NCBI GenBank assembly: GCA_964016885.1
Contig: OZ024753.1
Coordinates: 744,001 to 808,000 of the forward strand
Length of the DNA: 64,000 bases
Reading direction: 5' to 3'
DNA from: Eledone cirrhosa
Lineage: Eukaryota
The translations under genes and the position numbers were made by a program. The notes below the pieces were generated by a model. It was not told the origin of the DNA and made no database searches. It was given only the letters and a program-made list of their open reading frames with translations. Positions 1 through 13,158 of the stretch are shown one piece after another. Each line of letters begins with the position of its first letter. Position 1 is the first letter of the stretch.

Positions 1-1035
1 CCTGTACGCGGATGATCTTATTCTCATAGCCGAGTCTTTGGCAGAATTAGAGAAGAACTGTAGGTTTTACATGCAGCCGTTGCACTGGAGCAGTAAGCAG
101 CAAACAACCACAGAAAACAAGTGCTATCAAATTCTGGAAAGGTTCGGTTGAAGCAGTAGACAGCTTCTGCTACCTAGGTGACCAAATTAGCAGTGGAGGT
201 GGGTGTTCCAAAAGTATAATAGCCAGAGTGAGAACAGGATGGAAGTAGTTCAGAGAGCTACTACTACTGCTAACTACAAAAGGCTTTTCCCTCAAAATGA
301 AAGGCAGATTGGATGATGTGTGCATACAAACAGCAATGTTGCATGGTAGTGAGGCCTGGGTGCTGTGTGTGAAGATTGGAAAGAAATGAAGCTTGCATGC
401 TCCGATGGATGTGTAATAGTAATATATGTGAACAGCAAAGAATAAGCAAACAGAGAGAAACTGGGCATAAAAAGAATCAGATGCAGTGTAAAGGAGATTG
501 CATTGATATGGGCTTGTGATGCATATCAGGGAGAACAGCTGTATAGAAAGGTGCAGGGTACTCAAAGTTGATGGAAGCCATGGAGTGAGAAGACCCAGGA
601 AGGCTTGGAATAAGGGGATAAAAGCTGAATTACACCTCTCAAAGCTGAATTACACCTCTCAAAGGTGATGGCACAGGACCGAGATCTCTGGTATTATGCA
701 GTAATACAGTTAATACAGAAGATCCACCTTCCCATGAGCACAGGCTGAAGTAGACATATAGTATGCACCACCATCACCTCCACCCCACCCTTCCATACAA
801 CTCCCACGTCTTCTTCACCCCCTCTTCCATTGACCTCCCACCTAACATTCCAGCCTCACACATGCCCAAATACCCACCTCCCCAATCCCCAAACACATCT
901 TCCACCAAAGTACCCAGCGCACACTGTAAAGTAGTTGTGATGGCAACATGACAAAAAGCACTCAGCCCACACGGCAAAATCATTGTGTCGGTGTCATGAG
1001 AAAAAGTACCCAGTACGCACTGTAAAATCAGTTCT
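1..1035 (+). mobile_element. Degenerate RTE-type LINE (family 1): RT end, C-terminal region and 3' UTR
   Basis: 2-55 reads LYADDLILIAESLAELEK (RT YADD motif). Decayed VDSFCYLGD..SSGGG and MLHGSEAW motifs follow and match the ORF at 33884-34675. Confidence 0.8.
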
Positions 1036-1049
1036 GTATGGTCACTTGA

Positions 1050-1400
1050 CCAGGCATTACTAATAATAGGACAACTCAATAAAGTGAGTAGCTCGGAAAT
1101 CAGAGAGTCACTCTAGGTAGAGCTGCTAGAGATCACAGCTCTGATACTATGGGCATGTGGTTAGAATGTTTTAGGAAAGAATCGCTGGACAGATTTTACA
1201 GGCAAAACCAGCCAGCAGGAGACCCAGGGGTAGACCTCGAGCAAGATGGTTGGATAACATCTGTGAGTTTAGCTGGTCTCACTTAGGGATTCAGCCGCAT
1301 CGGTTGGAGATGATTGCTTCCAACAGGACCTGCTGGAAGAAGTGTTTAAGGATGCATGACCCTCCCAGGAATAAGTAGGCAAAGAAGAGTAAGGATGGCA
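1050..1400 (+). mobile_element. RTE LINE family 2 (Expander-like) 3' fragment
   Basis: Reverse-complement similarity to 16990-17300 (ggagacccaggggtaga..., ggacctgctggaagaagtgttt). Confidence 0.7.
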
Positions 1401-1587
1401 GATATTTATCTATATATATACACACGTGGGGTAGGCTCTCATTGTCTCATTCATTTTCCTCGTTCAGCAGTCTCTCATAGTATGACTTCCATGTCTCTTT
1501 CTTTTGGTTGTCAGAAGGGTAAGTACTCTGCTATAATTTTGGGCACACATTTCTCCAACCACATCACAATTTATTCTCTAGCATACT

Positions 1588-1846
1588 CAGGGCCAGATTA
1601 GGATTTGATGAGGCCCTAAGCTATTTGAGATAATGGGGCCCTTTATATGTTATAAAAAATGTTATAAAAACTGCAAAACGTTCAATATTAAAGCAGAAAA
1701 CTGTTTAAAACTATTGCATTATTTTAGTTCTTTTTTATCTTATATTTTGGAAATGTACACACCATTTTTTTCAATTTTTTCGGGGCCCCAAGAAAGTGGG
1801 GGCCCTAAGCTATAGCTTGTTTAGCTTATACGTAAATCCCACTCTG
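1588..1846. mobile_element. hAT-type MITE
   Basis: 8-bp TSD AGCATACT at 1580-1587 and 1847-1854; imperfect TIRs CAGGGCCAGATT / AATCCCACTCTG; internal GGGCCC motifs. Confidence 0.75.
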
Positions 1847-2303
1847 AGCATACTGTCTCACAATGCTGAGCACTTCACACCTCTGATCTTCACAGCGCAG
1901 AACATATGTAAACTTCTTTTCTACTTCTTTTCCCCTCACTAGATATACTTGGCACCTTGTAGTTATCAGGTATTTTTTCTTTGTCTCCTCCATTTTTCTA
2001 TTTTCCCCAGGCTTGTCTTTTTGTTTTAATGGCTCTTTCTACCTTTTCATTTCACCACCATGTCACCCTCTGTGATGGCATGACCTAGCTGCAGACCTGG
2101 CTTGTGGCTTCTAGCAGGTTGTCCCATAGAAATTTCGAATTTTTCTGTCATATGTCCCCAGCTCTTCTTACTGTCATAAGCGTCAAGAAGGATTTCTCTA
2201 AATTTGTTACTACAGAGGGTTCTCTCAGCTTCAAAGCTTTCCTTCTTAGTCTACCTAGCTCATACTCTAATGTGACTGACAACTAGTCTATGTTGGGAGG
2301 TAC

Positions 2304-2337
<34 letters not shown>

Positions 2338-2338
<1 letters not shown>

Positions 2339-3150
2339 TCATTATCATCACCATTTAACATCTACTTTTCCATGCTAGCATGGGTTAGACAGGTTATCCC
2401 GTTGCGAGACAAGCTAGATCAGGTGACCGTGTCTTGCTCATACAGAACTTATTTTAGCTTGGTTTCTATGGCTAGATGCTCTTCCTAACGCCAACCACAT
2501 TTAGAATGTGTACTGGGTGCTTTTTTTCATGACACCTACATGACCACTTTACAGTGTAGGCTGATCATTTTTTTGTAATGTCACCAAATCAACCACTTTA
2601 CAGTGTAGGCTGGGGTAGCTGTATGGGGATTGGAGAGTTAGATCTAGTGAGGGGGTGTGGATGAAGAGTGGGATGTTAGGGCGTGGGAGGCGTTTGAAGG
2701 GGAGGAGGAGGTAAGTGAGAGCAGCGTATCCAAGATGTATGCTTCAAGCTGTGCGCATGGGAAGGTGGGTCTTTTGCATTGCTGCATTACGCCAAAGATC
2801 TCGATCTTGTGTCTGCAGCGTAGAGTTATGACACCTTTGCGTTCTGAGTTCAAATCCTGCCAAGGTTAACTTTGCCTTTCATCCTTACGGGGTCGATAAA
2901 ATAAAGTACCAGTAATACACTGGGATAATTGCTGGCCTTGTGCCTAATGTAGAAACAATTATTTTGGGGAGGTGCACTTGTACAAGGTCAACTCGTATCA
3001 CTACTCCATAGCTTCCATCAATTTTGATTGCCCTGCACCTTTTTATACAGCTGTCATCCTTCATACACATCACATGTCCATACCAATATAATCTCCTCTC
3101 CTGCACACTGCATCTGATCCCTCTTCTGCCCAATTTCTCTCTCAGTTCAT
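2338..3150 (-). mobile_element. RTE family 1 3' fragment interrupted by a SINE piece (about 2820-2965)
   Basis: ORF 2885-3133 RRGIRCSVQERRLYWYGHVM matches the RTE C-terminus; CAT-rich tail at about 2340. Confidence 0.7.
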
Positions 3151-3779
3151 TTATTCTTCCAAAATTGATTGGTTAATTTTGTTTTTTTAATTCCAGAAAC
3201 CATGGTTGGGGAACTCTGTAGGTAAAACCGACTTATTTTAGTCAGTCTAGCTTATATTATCCCCCAAAAGAGATTTTGGCTTCAGTTTTGATATATTCTA
3301 TTACTTTTCTGTGTAGATAATTTATTAATATGTCTATTCTTTTCATTGAGATGTCTAAGTATTAGAGACAGATAACGTAAAGTGGTCACGTAGGAGTCAC
3401 GACAAAAAGTACCCAGCACACACTGAAATGTGGTTGGTGTTAGGAAGGCATCCAGTCGTAGAAACCAAGCCAGATCAGTTCTATATGAGCAAGGCATGGT
3501 CACCTGTCTCAACTTGCTTCAAATGAGACAACCCATCTAACCCATGCTAGCGTGAGAAAATGAACGTTAAACGATGATGATACATATATATACACACATA
3601 TATATATATACACATATATATATACACACACATATATCCATACATATACACACACACATATCCATACATATACACTTATCTCTATATATATATACACATA
3701 CATATATAAATATATACATATATACATATTTACACACATACATACATATATATAAATATTTATGCATATATAGACAGAC

Positions 3780-3815
<36 letters not shown>

Positions 3816-3817
<2 letters not shown>

Positions 3818-3982
3818 GTATTTCCCGGCGCCGAAGACGCTTCTTCCTCGAGGACGCACCCTAATTTTGACAACTATAAATGTTTAAAAAATAATAAACA
3901 ACCTTCGGCCTCCAGGACGCATGCTAGATTTTTTAGACTTATTTTAAGAAAAAAGTAGCGTCTTCGACGCTGGGAATTGCGG
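3816..3982. mobile_element. pogo/Tc1-mariner-type MITE
   Basis: TA-flanked TIRs CCGTATTTCCCGGCGCCGAAGACGC / GCGTCTTCGACGCTGGGAATTGCGG; second copy at 8090-8259. Confidence 0.75.
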
Positions 3983-3984
3983 TA

Positions 3985-4262
3985 TAGAGGGAAAGAGCGA
4001 GAGGGAAAGAGCGAGAGAGAGAAAGAGAAAGAGGGAGAGAAAGAGAAAGTGGGAGAGAAAGAAAGAGAAAGAGCGAGAGAAAGAGGGAGAAAAAGAAAGA
4101 GCGAGAGAAAGAGAAAAAGCAAAAGAGAGAGAAAGAGAAAAAGCAAAAGAGAGAGAAAGAGAAAAAGCAAAAGAGAGAGAAAGAGAAAAAGCAAAAGAGA
4201 GAGAAAGAGAAAAAGCAGAAGAGAGAGAGAGAGAGAAAGAGCAAAAGAGAGAGCTGAAGAAG
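3985..4262. repeat. Polypurine tract with about 24-bp units (GAGAGAGAAAGAGAAAAAGCAAAA)
   Basis: Visible tandem units at about 4100-4220. Confidence 0.9.
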
Positions 4263-4709
4263 AGGCACGTCTTAGTTATAATGGAGAAATGCTTAGGTTT
4301 ATTCAACAATTATTATACGGGGGTAAAAAGGAATATACATATGTGTGTGTGTGTGTGTGCGTTTTAATCTGTCAGCGTTTGACAGGAGATAAGTAAACAA
4401 TATATAAGGGAAAATAGAAGGATAGCGGAAATTACTAATTTATTATCTTAGGCAAGGTAGGGTGGGTCAGTAAAGAATTCAACACGGTTTACGCGAGTAT
4501 GTGTGCACTGACGCAGTTCTACTGAGTGTATATGTATGTGTATGCATGCATGTATGTATAAATCAGCAGCCACACCTGAAGAAGAAGCGACCGAATAGCA
4601 AGCAACTCGTTTGTAAACCCCCCTCTCTTTGTAACATATCACTCTCTCTCAGACAGCAACAATTTCCATTTTAAGACCAACCAAGATCGTACCTATGTAC
4701 ACACACACA

Positions 4710-4757
<48 letters not shown>

Positions 4758-4963
4758 TAGAGATATAGACATATGCTCAATGATAAAGCTATCTGGGCCC
4801 TAGGGCAGATCTTATACCTATATATATAAAGAGAGAGAGTGGGAGGGACCAGTATATATAGATAAAAATTGATAAAAATAGGTAAATCCTGTCCCATAAT
4901 ATACATATATTTATATAAATGTTTTTTGCTGGTTTGTATTTTGTATATCGAATTGAAACTTAC

Positions 4964-5062
4964 CTTGAAATTTAATTGGATTGGTTCGGAATCATCCAAG
5001 AACCTTATAGTGCACTGGTATTCCATCTCGATGTCGGATTTGCTTGACTTTTTCTTAAACAT
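4964..5062 (-). CDS. FRMD5: First coding exon of a FERM domain-containing protein (FRMD5/FRMD3-like); the remaining exons probably lie left of the window
   Basis: MFKKKSSKSDIEMEYQCTIRFLDDSEPIQLNFK resembles the recalled FRMD5 N-terminus ([20 protein letters not shown]). It ends in phase 0 at AAG|GTAAGT (donor 4963-4958). Orthology is from memory. Confidence 0.8.
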
Positions 5063-5990
5063 CTTGGCAAATTAAATATTTTCCTGGTCGCTTCTTCGCG
5101 TATATCAATTAATATCGTTGTTATTATATTCACTAGACACGTGTTTGTGGAGGGAAAACAAACAAGCGATAAACGTTTGTTTTTTTTTATTATTTCTTTT
5201 TATCTCTCTATGTTATATACGTGTATATTCATATACAGCTATATAAATCTAAATATAGCTGGTTTTTTTTTTTTTTTTTTTCGCTGCTCTTCCTGTTTCG
5301 TTTTGTTTATTGTTTTTCAGGGGGTGCACTAATTAAAGCCGTCTTACCAGCATACCAATTATAACAGGGCACACGCATATACAACAGATTGCAATATATA
5401 TACATATATATCATAAGCAAAGACACGTCGTCGTCGTCGTTCTAAGTATTTGTCAATTCGACTTGAAGAAGCAGCGAAGAGAGAGAGAGAGAGAGAAGAT
5501 CTTGTACTGTGGTGCTGTGCTTAGCCGCTCCGCTTACTGTCACCATCCAGCAACTACTTTTCGTGTTATCACATGATGACTGTAGTAGCAACTGGCTGTC
5601 TTAATGCCTATCTGCTTTAATTGCTGCTGCTTAGTGCGCTTCGCAAATGACGTCATTTCCTCTCTCTCTTTCTCTCTGTATGTCTCTCTCTCTCGCTGTC
5701 TCTCCCACTCTCTCTCTCGCTGTCTCTCCCACTCTCTCTCTCTCTGTCTCTCTCTCTCTATATATATAATATATATATATATCATATATATATATATATA
5801 TATCATATATATATATTATATATATGTTTGTCTGTCTCTCTATGTCTGTTTCTCACTCTCTCTCGATCTTTCTCTATCTTCCCCCTCTTTCTTTTGTGCT
5901 TACGTACCAAACCGGGCGATGCGCCGGTTCGGAGGCTAGTAGTATAGATATGGCAGGGCACACGGATAACTGAGGTTGCTGTGACATGAT
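5063..5990 (-). promoter_or_regulatory. Putative 5' UTR and promoter of the FERM gene
   Basis: Locally CpG-enriched and free of recognisable transposons, directly upstream of the ATG. Palindromic CRE/ATF site AAATGACGTCATTT at 5645-5658. Confidence 0.5.
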
Positions 5991-6945
5991 CACCGCTTAA
6001 GATATTCCGTGAGACTTATGTATGTTTATTATACATGAACATATTGTATATGCTTCTATTGCGAATCATGCTGTGCTAGTGCTACTACTCATCTAATGAA
6101 GACGTGTAGCTTAGTGGCCAGGATATTCAGCTTCACGACCGTAAGGTTGGGAATTCGATTCCTATACCAGGCGGAACATTGTTTACACTTATAATTCAAA
6201 GGGCAAACTTTGTCATATAAACTGTGTCACGCTGAATCTCCCTGAGAATCACGCTAGTGATACAGGCTGCATAACGAACCGATTCAGAGTCTAGACTGAA
6301 GACACGTGGCTTAATGTTACGGCTTTTCAACTCACGATTATAAGATCACGAATTCCATTCCTGGTGGGGGTCTATCTTTGAGCAAAATAGTTTCCTACAC
6401 GTTGCTCCTGTCCACTCAGCTGCAAAGGCGAGACCCTTAGACTTGTCACTCCACTCCCCCGGGGTTGGGATTATTGTTAAAAGTGCTAAAAGTCCTAGGG
6501 TCCTTCCCTTTCCCTTATCAACAGGTAAGTCCTTTGCAACAGGTAAGTCCTATGCAACAGGTAAGTTTAATTAATAGCACATTAAAAAAAAAACGAAAAA
6601 ATAGGTGGAGGCGTTTTTTCATCAATTTACCAAAATGTGTTGTACCTGTAATTTAGAGAGCTGGCCTTGTCACACTACATCACGTTTAATCTCCATGAAA
6701 ATCACGTTACGGGTGAGAGCTGTTTCGTTGTTCAAACAACTGGAGCACTTGTCATCGCAACCAATGAAGGTTATTAAATATCACCTCCAACTATTCAAAC
6801 AGTATTACGACTATTTTACGATTATAAAAATAAACAAACATGTGTGGTTTTGGTACATCTGTAAAACAGTCTGATGTCCACATTACTATATATAATAACT
6901 AAAGCACATTTACCAACCCAGGGTTTTCCCTGATAGCAAGGGTTG

Positions 6946-7263
6946 GATGGGCTGTCACCAGTGCCGGATTTGCCATTGTGCTTAGGTATGCACAGGGCCC
7001 CGTTGGCCGGAAGATGGGCTGTCACCAGTGCCGGATTTGCCATTGTGCTTAGGTATGCACAGGGCCCCGTTGGCCGGAAGATGGGCTGTCACCAGTGCCG
7101 GATTTGCCATTGTGCTTAGGTATGCACAGGGCCCCGTTGGCCGGAGGATGGGGGCCATATTTCTGCCAAAATATTTTTTTACAATGAATTTTTAAATGTT
7201 TGGCGCTTCATTACGTAACTAACGCTGGACCTCGTTTGTCCTAAATCCGTCACTGGCTGTCAC
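6946..7263. mobile_element. hAT-type MITE with a triplicated 67-bp left junction
   Basis: TSD GCTGTCAC at 6951-6958 and 7256-7263; TIRs CAGTGCCGGATTT / AAATCCGTCACTG; 67-bp units start at 6946, 7013 and 7080. Relatives at about 10793-10975 and 58132-58290. Confidence 0.8.
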
Positions 7264-7786
7264 AGACCATGTCAGTATTTAATCGGAGCTACTAACTGTT
7301 TAAATGAGCCAGAGACTGCATCTCACATACGTAATTAAGGAATTAGACATCTCTGATAAAAATAATTAAAGGATTATCTAATAATTGTTTCTACTTTAGG
7401 CACAAGGCCAGCAATTATCCAGTGCATTACTGGTACTTTATTTTATCGTAAAGGGACTATCTAATAATATCAATTAATTTTGATTAGGAAGCAGAAAATC
7501 GCTATATGAAAAGGGGTTTTACATAAATAACCCTTTGAATACGAAATCTCTAAAAATACCTCTGGTTTTATACTAAACTGTTCATTTGAAAGTTTTTTTA
7601 ATTTGTATAAAAACCTTCCATCATAATTTTATGTAAGTTATATTACTAAATCTCTCTAAATTCTTGATTATTTTCAAAATTATTTAAAAATTATAGGCAG
7701 TGTCTTTCATATGGTAATGAACGGATGTGTTTATAATTATCTAAAACTCCATAGCACTGTAGACAATAATTTTCATTATTATTTAA

Positions 7787-8082
7787 CCCTTTAGCATTTA
7801 CATTACTCTATATTTACTATTGTATGTTCGTGGTAAAGGCTTTACCTCACATAATATCGAATCTATGAGATTTTGATATTATTTATTTTGAGAACAATAC
7901 CTTAACATCAGTATGAGCGGCCAGTTGCAGCCGGTTTGAACAGAAAGAATTGAGAGAATTCTCTCCGGATACAGCCGGTTTGAACAGAAAAAGGTGAGAG
8001 AATTCTGGCCGGGTACAGCCGGTTTGAACAGAAAGAGGTGAGAAAATTCTGGCCGGGTACTGTCAGTTTAAATGCTAAAGGG
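7787..8082. mobile_element. piggyBac-type MITE
   Basis: TTAA-CCCTTTAGCATTTA...TAAATGCTAAAGGG-CTAA; internal ~40-bp triplication. Confidence 0.8.
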
Positions 8083-8089
8083 CTAAGTA

Positions 8090-8259
8090 CTGTATTTCCT
8101 GGCATGGAAGACGCTACTTTTTTCCTAAAATAAGTCTCATAAATCTAACACGTGTCCTGGAGGTCGAAGATTGTTTCTTATTTTTTATTTTTTTTTTTTG
8201 GTTGTCAAAATTAGGGTGCATCTTCGAGGATGAAGTGTCTTCAGCACCGGGAAATACAG
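8090..8259. mobile_element. pogo/Tc1-type MITE, inverted copy of 3816-3982
   Basis: TA-CTGTATTTCC...GGAAATACAG-TA. Confidence 0.75.
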
Positions 8260-8642
8260 TAACTTATATTCCAAACACCAGCTTAATAATGACAAAGTTA
8301 GTTATATTACTAAATTCCTCTAAATTCAAAATTATTTGAAAAACAAGCAGTGTCTTTTATTAGAAATATGGTAAGAAAAAATATAAAGAGGCTTTGGCAG
8401 ATATTCAAGATATTTCAAATACTTATTTATTTGTTCGTGTATTGCTTGTTAAACAAAACATTTGTCCTACTATGTGTTCAATGCAGTGAATAAGACTGCA
8501 TTTGATGGTATTATTGATCAGATTCCCGGCACATTATCAATTGCATCTTTTCAATTGTTTGATATTCTCTCTCTCTCTACCTCCTCTTTACCCCTTTGCT
8601 TTTTCTTGCTCATATATATATATATATATATATATGTATAAA

Positions 8643-8838
8643 GGATCGATCGAGGAAACAATGTTTCCGTTGGTCTTTCCAATTGCTAATACTATCTATC
8701 GGTCACAACTCCAGGTAGAAGGAGCAACGTGAAATAAAGTGTCTTGCTCAAGGACATAAAGCATTTCCCGGTCTAGGAATCGAACTCACAACCTCAAGAT
8801 TGCGAGTTCAATTCTCTAACCACTCAGCCACACGCCTT
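8643..8838 (-). mobile_element. tRNA-derived CORE-type SINE
   Basis: Reverse complement shows an A box (TGGCTGAGTGG), a B box (GAGTTCGATTCC) and GTCCTTGAGCAAGACACTTT. Near-identical copy at 57510-57722. Confidence 0.75.
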
Positions 8839-9258
8839 CACATACATATATATATGTGTGTGTGTGTTCAGGGGAGATGGAACTGAGGGGACCCAGGGTG
8901 GGGGTGTCATGGCACCCTGCAATAATTATATTTTTCTCTTCCAAACTACCAAAAAACTCATCTATTTGTATATGCGCTACAATTTATGAACATGTTATGT
9001 TTATCGCATATCAAAGTTTTTTTTTATATATCTTGGTTGATATTTGATAATAACAGCTAAACTAATCACTACAACTAAATTGACCAAATTCCCCCCCCCC
9101 CCTATTCAGAAATGCTTCCCCTGCCCCTGTATAGATATATATTTATTAGAGGTGTATATGAAGGCATATAAGATATTTTTATCTATAATAGACATATATA
9201 GAGTAGCTATTAAAAATGATATTTATCGGACATCCAGTGACACACACTCACACATTTA

Positions 9259-9358
9259 CAGGGTGTCCCAAAAAATGTATCTACACTTTGATTATCTGTA
9301 CAGGCAATATTTATTAGAATGCTGTTGAAGTGTGTATACATTTTGGGGCGACACCCTG
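9259..9358. mobile_element. Short Tc1-like MITE
   Basis: TIR CAGGGTGTCC...AAATGTAT; similar element at 60432-60502. Confidence 0.55.
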
Positions 9359-10344
9359 AATATATAATACCCACTCACTACCTCTTTCACTGACAACAAT
9401 CTCTATACATCCTTGTGTAAGGGCCTCGATAGGAATAAATATCTTTGATAAATAATATTTTGTATCTATCTATCTATCTGTCTATCTATAAACCTGTAGG
9501 TTGAAGAAGAGAGCAAAAGGAAGAAAGGAGCACTTGCACAACACGCTCCTGAAGTTGAGGGTTGTTCTATCTACGGGGTATTAAACAACCCATTTGTGGT
9601 GCCTCCCTCCATTGGGATTTCGATTGTTATATTTGTTTGTTTCATATTTTTACACGATTGTATGTAAAATCGCCAGCATGTGTCCTTGTTTTGTCCCCTT
9701 TTCTTGTGCGCCCTTGCAGCTAATAAAGAAATATATCTATCTATCTATCTATATATCCATCTATCTATATGTCAGTCTATCTATCTATCTATATATCTAT
9801 CTATATGTCAGTCTATCTGTCTATTGACCTTTACTTAACTATTATACCCTTACTCTCTTTTCTATTGCTCTCTCTCTCTCTTCTCTTCTTTTACTATATA
9901 CACCCCTGGGTGTCTGTAAAAGTAGAAGTGGGGCTCCATAAGCTATGTTTAAAATCCCATGTACTTTGTTAAAACAAATATATACACACACACACAATTG
10001 ATTAGCCATCCTTCTCTAAGTATAAATATTTCTCTCTATTGATTATTGATTGTTATTCTCACTGTATAAAAAAAATCTAGGAGGTGAGGAAGGATGGATG
10101 GGGTTAATATTCATTAAAAAAAGGGGTCCTTTGTAGTGAAAAGGTTAGGAACCATTGATATATATACATTTCATGTAGCCCTCTACATACCATTAACACT
10201 TTTCATACCAAACCATCTGAAACAGCCATAGTTCTGTGATACAAAACTATATTTTAAAGTATTTATATTTATCTAAATATCTTCCATCATAATTTGATAT
10301 AAGGAACTTTGTTAATTTATGCATCAAACTTCAGTTTAATAATG

Positions 10345-10613
10345 ATTTCCACCTTAGGCACAAGGCCAGCAATTACCCAGTGCATTACTGGTACTAATGA
10401 TTTCCACTATAGGCACAAGGCCTGTAATTTTTGAGAGGGAAAAGTCAATTAAATCGACTCCAGTACGTTACTGGTACTTTATTTTATCGACCCAGTAAGG
10501 ATGAAAGGCAAAGTTAACCTCGGTGGGATTTGAACTCAAACTGTAAAGGACCGTAACTCTATGCTGCAAAGCATGGTGTCCGACTCTCTACCGATACTGC
10601 CAATCCACCGCCC
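10345..10613 (-). mobile_element. tRNA-derived SINE family 2 (central GCCTTTCATCC...GGGTCGATAAAATAAAGTACCAG domain)
   Basis: Head GGCGGTGGATTGGCAG...GAGTTCAAATCCC on the minus strand. Further copies at about 13333-13520, 20558-20677, 37858-38050, 45847-46036, 50360-50525, 52614-52802, 53498-53606, 55216-55492 and 62025-62300. Confidence 0.8.
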
Positions 10614-11041
10614 TAAATTTCAGTTTAATAATGAGAAAGCGAGTGATATTATTAAAACCCACCATACCAGGCTTTCATTGACTATTTCCTTTTTGTGTTG
10701 GTTGTCACCGAGATCTCCTTGGTCATCTGGCTGTCATTTTCCTTCTTCAAAATCAAGAAATAGTTATCTTGCCTGAGAAAGGGACCCCATGAACAGTGGC
10801 GGATTTAGGACAAATGAGGCCCTGTGCTAGTTAAGTTACGAGGCCCCTAACATTTAAAAAATTCATCGTACAAAATTGGGGGGTGGGGGGCAGGAAGATG
10901 CCCCCCACCTTGTCCAACAGGACCCTGTGCACACCTAAGCACAATGGTAAATCCAGCAATGGTAAATCCAGCAGTGTATTTTATTAGAAAGAGAGTAATG
11001 GAAAGATGTGAAGGCATATGGCCTAGAGGTTACGATGTTAA

Positions 11042-11262
11042 CCCTTTACCATTTACATTGCTCTATATATACTATCATATTTTCACAGTAAAGGCTTTAC
11101 CTTACATAATTATTTCACATAATATTGAATCTACGAGATTTTGAAATTATTTATTTTGAGAACAATACCTTAACATTAGTATGAGCAGCCAGTTACAGCC
11201 GGGTTGAGCAGAAACAGTTGAGAGAATTCTGGCCGGATGTGGCCGGTTTAAATGCTAAAGGG
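11042..11262. mobile_element. piggyBac-type MITE
   Basis: Perfect TTAA flanks at 11038-11041 and 11263-11266 with CCCTTTA/TAAAGGG termini. Further copies at about 23735-23958, 38420-38640, 39253-39480, 40245-40468, 46513-46705 and 55850-56027. Confidence 0.85.
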
Positions 11263-12599
11263 TTAAACTAATAATTATAATATCATGGGTTTGTTTCCTG
11301 AACCAAGTCAACTCAGCTGAAAATTAGTACCAGCAGTAGCTGGGGGAGTTAACCCTGTAATGGACTGGTATCCTTTCCAGGTGTGAATCGTGTATTCTAA
11401 GTTGCTTAACACCAAAACAACTGGGATAATATCAGCCTGATGAGCCTGTTGGCTTTGAAGAAACAAGAGAGATTAACAAAAGGGTTAACAAAGTACCAGA
11501 GTGAATTGATATAAGATATGGTATGGTCCTGTCACTCCTGAGGAGTCATAGGGGGTGTCATCACATAGGGGGTGTCATTTTGACATACAGCATTTCTTGG
11601 GCATTTAAAGCTTGGTGGAGCCCATCCCTCTCCAGGCCTGAGTACATCAGATTTCCAGAGAAAGATATAAAGTGAGAGAGAGGAAGAATCGACCCCAGTG
11701 TTTGACTGGTACTTTTTTTTATTAACCTCGAAAGGGTGAAAGGCAAAGCTGACCTCTACGAGATTTGAACTCAGAGAACAGAGAGCCGAAACAAATACCA
11801 CAAAGCATTCTATCCGACATTCTAATGACTCTGTCAATTTTCCGCCTAAATATATAAGATACAACCAACTAAAAACCCTCCCAAGACAGTGACCCAGCTT
11901 AACTGCTATCCAGAGACAGAAAGGAGTAAAAGAATAAAAGAAAAACTATCTATTTATTGATATGTGTCTGTTTACCTATGTGTACAGTTTCCAATGTCAT
12001 AGAAGACATGCCACACCCTATTCTTTTATTCGTTCACTGGTTTCAGTTATTTGACTGCAACCATGCTGGAGGGATTTTAGTCAAGCATATAGATTTCTTT
12101 TTTCAAATCAGGTATTTATTTTTATCAACCTCTACTTGTCAAACTGTTAAGTTATAGAGGCATAAATAGTAAACATAGACATGCACACACACACGCACAC
12201 ACACACAAATTTGTGCATCTGGGTGTGTGTGCATGTGCATCTGATCACACCACCCTTCTCCTTTACAGTCCTGTTTCAGTCCCCAGTCCACCCCTGTAAA
12301 GTGGTTGTGTAGGTGTCATGATAAAAAGCACCCAGTCCCATACTGTAAATGTGGTTGGCATCAGGAAGGGCATCGAGCCATAGAAACCAAACCAGAAACA
12401 GTTCTGTAGGAGCAGGACATGGTGACCTGACATGCCTCAAATGGGACAACTCATCTAACCCCATGGCAGTGTGGAAAATAGATGTTAAATGATGATGATA
12501 TATATTCTCTCTCAATATTCATATATCTTTTAAATTGATATATGCAATAAACTGTGTATTCTCATGGGATATATGGTGCTTTCTCTCTCTCTCAATATA

Positions 12600-13158
12600 C
12601 ATATGGTTTTTAATTTGAATTAGGTTGCACATGCATTATATCCAGGTGTGTGTGTTTTATATATTTATTTATATGTTATTTACTTGTCATTAGTTGGTTG
12701 TTTGTTTCATCTGTGTGTATCTGGTTTGTTTTTATTAGTTCGGTTCTTGTGTCTCTCTGCATGTCTTTATCTTGTCCTTAGTTACTAGTTGTGATGTTGT
12801 TGCTATTCCACTCATGATGCACACACACACAGACAGAACAAGCAACCAATTAGTGACAAATAAATGTATAAATAAACACACATCCACCCCTGGATATAAT
12901 GCATGCACAACCCAAGTACACAGCACACAGCTCACAAAAACAAATTGGTATAGGACAGAACAAAGGAGAAACAGAAAATAACAAATTAGTCACTGCGGAG
13001 GTCACAGAATGTGTGACGAAAGAGCTTTGACTATAAACAAATAAACAACCATCTGGTTATTAAACTAACCAACTGGAAATTTATAATAAATTGAAGGTAA
13101 AACCAACAGGTGCGTATGTTTTTATTGGCAGTGTGGCCCTCCCAAAGTATAACAACAT
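12600..13158 (+). mobile_element. Penelope-like element family A: solo terminal repeat (pLTR) with an inverted 5' segment
   Basis: 12818-13155 matches 30890-31245. 12610-12816 is inverted: its end is the reverse complement of CATGAATGGAATAGCAACATCACAAC at about 30840. Confidence 0.75.
12987..13033 (+). ncRNA. Hammerhead ribozyme, type I minimal, mutated core
   Basis: TAGTCA-CTGCGGA-G-GTCACA(GAATG)TGTGAC-GAAA-G(AG)CTT-TGACTA: all stems intact, but the core is CUGCGGA instead of CUGANGA. Confidence 0.75.

Noticed and set aside
3509-4396. Multiple ORFs over 100 aa (YIYI, SLSL, ERER)
   Set aside because: Translations of microsatellites; the same applies at 33214-33604, 34500-35017, 37124-37583 and 52902-53198.
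4649-4963. 137-aa ORF continuing past the FERM exon
   Set aside because: Read-through into the intron beyond a perfect GTAAGT donor; low complexity.
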